Positions 7,814 through 11,046 of a stretch of DNA of 11,046 bases are shown here, one piece after another. Numbering within the stretch: position 1 is the stretch's first letter; every line of letters starts with the position of its first letter. The notes beneath the pieces were generated by a model that had not been told where the DNA came from, searched no databases, and worked only from the letters and a program-made list of their open reading frames with translations. Both the position numbers and the translations under genes were made by a program. Source of the stretch: Promethearchaeota archaeon (GTDB taxonomy: Archaea; Asgardarchaeota; Lokiarchaeia; Sigyniarchaeales; SOKP01); NCBI GenBank assembly GCA_048939995.1, contig JBHLOY010000034.1, forward strand, positions 1 to 11,046, in the 5' to 3' direction.

Positions 7814-9031
7814 ATGTCAATTGAACCTATGAAATTATTTTTTAAAGAAATAAAAGAACCTGTCGAAACGGCTATGATTGGTAATTATGCAGTAGCAGGA
7901 GCTGTAGCTCAAACAGATCCTGATGTTATTTGTGCTTTTCCAATAACTCCACAAACCCAAGCCGTTGAAGGTTTATCTGATGTTGTAAACCAAGGAAGAC
8001 TTAAGGCAGCATTTGTAAATGTAGAATCTGAACTTGCAGCAATGAGTTACTCTACAGCAGCATGCGCAGCAGGTGCTAGAACTTTTACCGCTACAGCATC
8101 TCAAGGATATTTACTTATGGCTGAAGCATTACCTATGGCTGTCGGATGGAGAGTCCCCTTGACTATGATGATTTCAGCAAGGGCTTTTAATGCCCCTAAC
8201 TTATCGATTTGGAATTCATGGGAGTTTTTATTGGTTGATTTTGGTTGGAACTGCATCATTTCTGAGAATGTGCAAGAGACCTATGATGCAGCAATCTTAG
8301 CAGTTATGATTTCTGAAGATTCTTTATTTCCAACTATGTTTGTTCATGATGGTTTTATTATCTCTCATTCAGTACAAAAGTTAACATTAATCCCTGATGA
8401 TATTGTTCGAAAACTGACTCCAAAAAAACCAAGACATACTATTACTCCAAAGCATCCAGGTACCTGGGGAGGTATTGTTACTCCTAGTTTCTTTATGGAG
8501 GGCCGAAAAAATTTAGATGAAGCAAAAAAGCCAGTATTAGAGCTCATGAAAAAGTCTTTTGCAGAATTTAAAAAAGCAACTGGAAGGGAATACAATCTTA
8601 TTGAGACCTATAATCTGGATAATTCTTCAAAGATGGCTTTTATTACTGCTGGATCTATGTGTGGCAATATAATTAGTTGGATGACAAAGAATAAAGATGT
8701 TGGCTTAATAAAGTTAAGAGCATATAGACCATTTCCATATGAAGAATTACACGAAATTGTGAAAAATCACAACTTGGAAAAATTAATAATCCTTGAAAAA
8801 TCGGATGCACTTAATAATATACTTCCACCTTTCTCTGCTTCAATTGCAACTGCTTTATATCCATTAGGAACATTATTTAGGACGTTTATTGTAGGACTTG
8901 GTGGGAGAGATGTGACTAGAGACGAATTTGATATTGCTAGGAAGAAGATGGAAAAAGTTACCGATATGAATGGGCGTCTTTATGAATATTTAGGAGTAAG
9001 AGAAATTAAAGATAAAATATATGGAGTGTAG
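7814..9031 (+). CDS. porA: 2-oxoacid (pyruvate-type):ferredoxin oxidoreductase alpha subunit
   Basis: GNYAVA, AFPITPQT, VESE (catalytic Glu), GARTFTATASQG, DGFIISH, LRAYRPFP and GLGGRD motifs. Substrate specificity is not established. Confidence 0.93.
   Translation: MSIEPMKLFFKEIKEPVETAMIGNYAVAGAVAQTDPDVICAFPITPQTQAVEGLSDVVNQGRLKAAFVNVESELAAMSYSTAACAAGARTFTATASQGYLLMAEALPMAVGWRVPLTMMISARAFNAPNLSIWNSWEFLLVDFGWNCIISENVQETYDAAILAVMISEDSLFPTMFVHDGFIISHSVQKLTLIPDDIVRKLTPKKPRHTITPKHPGTWGGIVTPSFFMEGRKNLDEAKKPVLELMKKSFAEFKKATGREYNLIETYNLDNSSKMAFITAGSMCGNIISWMTKNKDVGLIKLRAYRPFPYEELHEIVKNHNLEKLIILEKSDALNNILPPFSASIATALYPLGTLFRTFIVGLGGRDVTRDEFDIARKKMEKVTDMNGRLYEYLGVREIKDKIYGV
9023..9028 (+). promoter_or_regulatory. 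Shine-Dalgarno-like site for the permuted beta subunit
   Basis: GGAGTG lies immediately before the alpha stop (TAG 9029-9031) and 11 nt before the ATG at 9040. Confidence 0.45.
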
Positions 9032-9039
9032 AATTAGAA

Positions 9040-10122
9040 ATGTCAGAAAGAAATGTAATTAACTTGGAAGATCTATTAGCAAGAGAAGGAAAGTCTAATG
9101 TACTTTTCTTAAATTACGATAATGAAGCTTTCATGAATACTGGAATTCAGGAGTCTGGAGGCACGCCCCCTTTTGCGTCTACTACCACTGGTCCTGGAGG
9201 AGAAAAAATTCCTGGTAAAATAGGAGTAAAACAAGATTTAGTTACTCCATTTGCCTTTTTTGGAACCAAATCTTTGTTTTTGGCAACAGTAAATCCTGCT
9301 TATCCTAATGATATGATGGGTAAAATAGTAGAAGCTTTAAAAACCGATGGTTCTTCATTTATCCAAGCCTATTCTGATTGTATGAGAGGATGGCGACATG
9401 AAGCAGAAGATGCTGTTAAGATTTCAAAATTAGCGACGGATTGTGGATATTGGCCTCTCTATACAATTCGAGTGAAAGATGCGATTCCCACATTTTCTTA
9501 TTATAGAGGATTAGATATTGATAAAGAGAAATTTGTCGAATATTTAAAATCCATGGGAAGATTCAAACATCTTTTCAAACCCAAATTCATGGAGAAAGAA
9601 ATAGATGAGATTATTTACTTTACTGAACAAAGAAATAAAAAATTAAAAGGGTTAATCGAAAAATTTGGAGCTGAAAAACCTGTAGACATTTATCGAATCA
9701 ACAGAAAAAGTTTAGAACCTCAACAACATCTGTATCCTGGTCATGGACTTTGTCCCGGTTGTGGTGCTGGTATGGTATTAAATCAAATGGCCACGGCTGC
9801 TACTGCTGTTGCTGGGAATAATATTATCTATGTAAATAATACAAGCTGCGCTGAAGTTTCTACATCAAAAGATTTTGTCACATCATGGAAAGTACCGTGG
9901 GTTCATCACTTATTTGAAAGCGGTGCCACTATTGCCGAGGCTATAAGTACAACATACAAAATATTAAAAGCGAAAGGAAAATTTGATGGAGAAGTACCAT
10001 ACTTGATACACATAGGAGGGGATGGTTCTACTTATGATATTGGGTTCCAATTTCTGAAAGCAGCTCTTATAAGAACTAGCTCTTTTGTAGAAATGAATGA
10101 ATATTTGGCAAAACAGAAATAA
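9040..10122 (+). CDS. porB: 2-oxoacid:ferredoxin oxidoreductase beta (TPP-binding) subunit, circularly permuted
   Basis: All PorB motifs are present in permuted order. YDNEAFMNTGIQ (aa 26-37), SDCMRGW (C114), CGYWPLY and EYLKSMGRFKHL come before PGHGLCPGCG (aa 233-242), TSCAEV (C270), PWVHHLFE and GGDGSTYDIG (aa 326-335). Confidence 0.93.
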   Translation: MSERNVINLEDLLAREGKSNVLFLNYDNEAFMNTGIQESGGTPPFASTTTGPGGEKIPGKIGVKQDLVTPFAFFGTKSLFLATVNPAYPNDMMGKIVEALKTDGSSFIQAYSDCMRGWRHEAEDAVKISKLATDCGYWPLYTIRVKDAIPTFSYYRGLDIDKEKFVEYLKSMGRFKHLFKPKFMEKEIDEIIYFTEQRNKKLKGLIEKFGAEKPVDIYRINRKSLEPQQHLYPGHGLCPGCGAGMVLNQMATAATAVAGNNIIYVNNTSCAEVSTSKDFVTSWKVPWVHHLFESGATIAEAISTTYKILKAKGKFDGEVPYLIHIGGDGSTYDIGFQFLKAALIRTSSFVEMNEYLAKQK

Positions 10123-10134
10123 ATATGCTTTAAA

Positions 10135-10145
10135 TTTCTTTTTTT
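10135..10145 (+). terminator. Candidate archaeal oligo-T terminator of the oxidoreductase operon
   Basis: TTTCTTTTTTT starts 13 nt after the porB stop, in the 21-nt gap between convergent genes. Confidence 0.4.
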
Positions 10146-11010
10146 AAATTATTTCTTCTTTAGAATAATAATTATGTAAATATTCCAATGCTTTTGGGAT
10201 CTGCCAGTCTTCTGCGGGCACAAAAGGGTATTCTGGTATTGTTATCTCCTCAATCCTTTTCCCTTCAGATATATTCTTTAAAACAGCTTTTTTTAAGTTT
10301 TTCATAAATGAAAGTTGTTCACTAATGTATTTCTTTCCTACTATGTAACCATGTCCCGGTATAACAGTATCACCTTTTAAGGTTAGCATATGCTCAAACG
10401 AGTTTATCCAGCCTTCAAAACTTTCAGTGGGGTCACTTATAAAGGGCCAGTATCCAGAGGCTACTAAATCTCCTGAAAACAAGATATTCTCGCTTGGAAA
10501 ATAGGCATATGATGAACACTCTGTATGGCCTCCAGAAATATAAAATTCTACCTTTAAATCATCATTCTTTAAAACCCACTGGGTATCAAAACCCCATTTT
10601 GGGATAATAATTTCAATTTCATCAATGATTTCTGAAAATTCAGGTTCACTTTCTTTCCATCCATTGAATGCTTGTTTTGTCCAAAATTTTTCTTTTTTTC
10701 TTTTTAAAGCATCAATCAAGATATTAGAACCGAAAATTTCTACGTCCTTGAATGCCCTAACACCGAAGTAATGATCACTATGAGAATGAGTAATGAATAA
10801 ATATTTTACTGGTAGGTTGTACTTTTTTTCTAGTTTTTTTCTAAATTCTTTGGCTTGTCTTGGATATATTAAAGTGTCAATAACTAGAATAAAGTTATTT
10901 AGAATTATAGCTCCCGCATTTAAATTGAAATAATCTTTGTAATTGGCAATAACTGTATGAGGAGAAACCTCCTTACACTCAAAAGTTAAATTCACAGCTT
11001 TTTTACTCAT
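10144..11010 (-). CDS. Metallo-beta-lactamase-fold hydrolase (cyclase/glyoxalase II-like)
   Basis: Motifs NAGAI, VIDT, THSHSDH (HxHxDH), GGHT, FSGD and PGHG. ATG at 11010 is preferred over TTG at 11019 because of the TATA spacing. Confidence 0.92.
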   Translation of the reverse strand: MSKKAVNLTFECKEVSPHTVIANYKDYFNLNAGAIILNNFILVIDTLIYPRQAKEFRKKLEKKYNLPVKYLFITHSHSDHYFGVRAFKDVEIFGSNILIDALKRKKEKFWTKQAFNGWKESEPEFSEIIDEIEIIIPKWGFDTQWVLKNDDLKVEFYISGGHTECSSYAYFPSENILFSGDLVASGYWPFISDPTESFEGWINSFEHMLTLKGDTVIPGHGYIVGKKYISEQLSFMKNLKKAVLKNISEGKRIEEITIPEYPFVPAEDWQIPKALEYLHNYYSKEEII

Positions 11011-11034
11011 GTTAATCAAAAAAAGTTTGAAAAC

Positions 11035-11043
11035 TTATAAAAA
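11035..11043 (-). promoter_or_regulatory. Candidate TATA box for the MBL hydrolase gene (leaderless spacing)
   Basis: Minus-strand TTTTTATAA ends 24 nt upstream of the ATG at 11010. Confidence 0.5.
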
Positions 11044-11046
11044 CTG

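Noticed and set aside
7272-8595. Minus-strand ORFs 7272..7613 and 8365..8595
   Set aside because: Antisense shadows within the oxidoreductase genes.
9040-10122. porB as a pseudogene or two broken fragments
   Set aside because: It is a single open frame with all cofactor ligands intact and a full motif complement, with no stop or frameshift at the internal junction.
9040-10122. Restoration of canonical order by RNA circularisation/splicing or intein-mediated cyclisation, prompted by the nearby 2H 'RNA ligase' gene
   Set aside because: I saw no bulge-helix-bulge pairing or terminal complementarity and no intein motifs at the ends. 2H proteins are common and typically act as phosphodiesterases.
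6801-10122. Assignment as oxalate oxidoreductase because of the gamma-delta fusion
   Set aside because: Alpha has FPITP rather than the OOR-type YPIRP, and the subunit architecture alone is insufficient.
10144-11019. MBL-fold gene as an antibiotic-resistance beta-lactamase
   Set aside because: HxHxDH is shared by the whole superfamily, and there is no signal peptide or class B1 Cys ligand (FSGDL instead).
1-11046. CRISPR arrays, tRNA/rRNA genes, IS elements
   Set aside because: Intergenic gaps are short and AT-rich, with no spaced repeats, GC-rich stems, transposase or integrase motifs.

Overview
AT-rich, densely coding prokaryotic window that looks archaeal. TATA-like boxes sit about 21-25 nt upstream of several start codons, there is an aIF2B-like gene, and the 2-oxoacid:ferredoxin oxidoreductase is of the multi-subunit type. 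The style resembles Asgard/Lokiarchaeia, but that is inference only. From left to right: a 5'-truncated membrane protein; two tandem paralogous membrane proteins coupled to a winged-helix regulator; a PaaI thioesterase; an eIF2B/R15Pi-fold protein; a QW-repeat prenyltransferase/squalene-cyclase-fold protein; on the minus strand a 2H phosphoesterase and an MFS transporter; a three-gene 2-oxoacid:ferredoxin oxidoreductase operon (gamma-delta fusion, alpha, beta); and a convergent metallo-beta-lactamase-fold hydrolase. The standout is the beta subunit (9040..10122), which is circularly permuted. The canonical C-terminal half (DNEAFMNTG...) comes first and the canonical N-terminal half (GHGLCPGCG...GGDG) comes last, so the TPP-binding GDG-x(~25)-N motif is split between the two chain ends. 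All four Fe-S cysteines are retained. The operon also has unusual substitutions at normally conserved positions in all three subunits. I found no RNA genes, CRISPR arrays or mobile elements.
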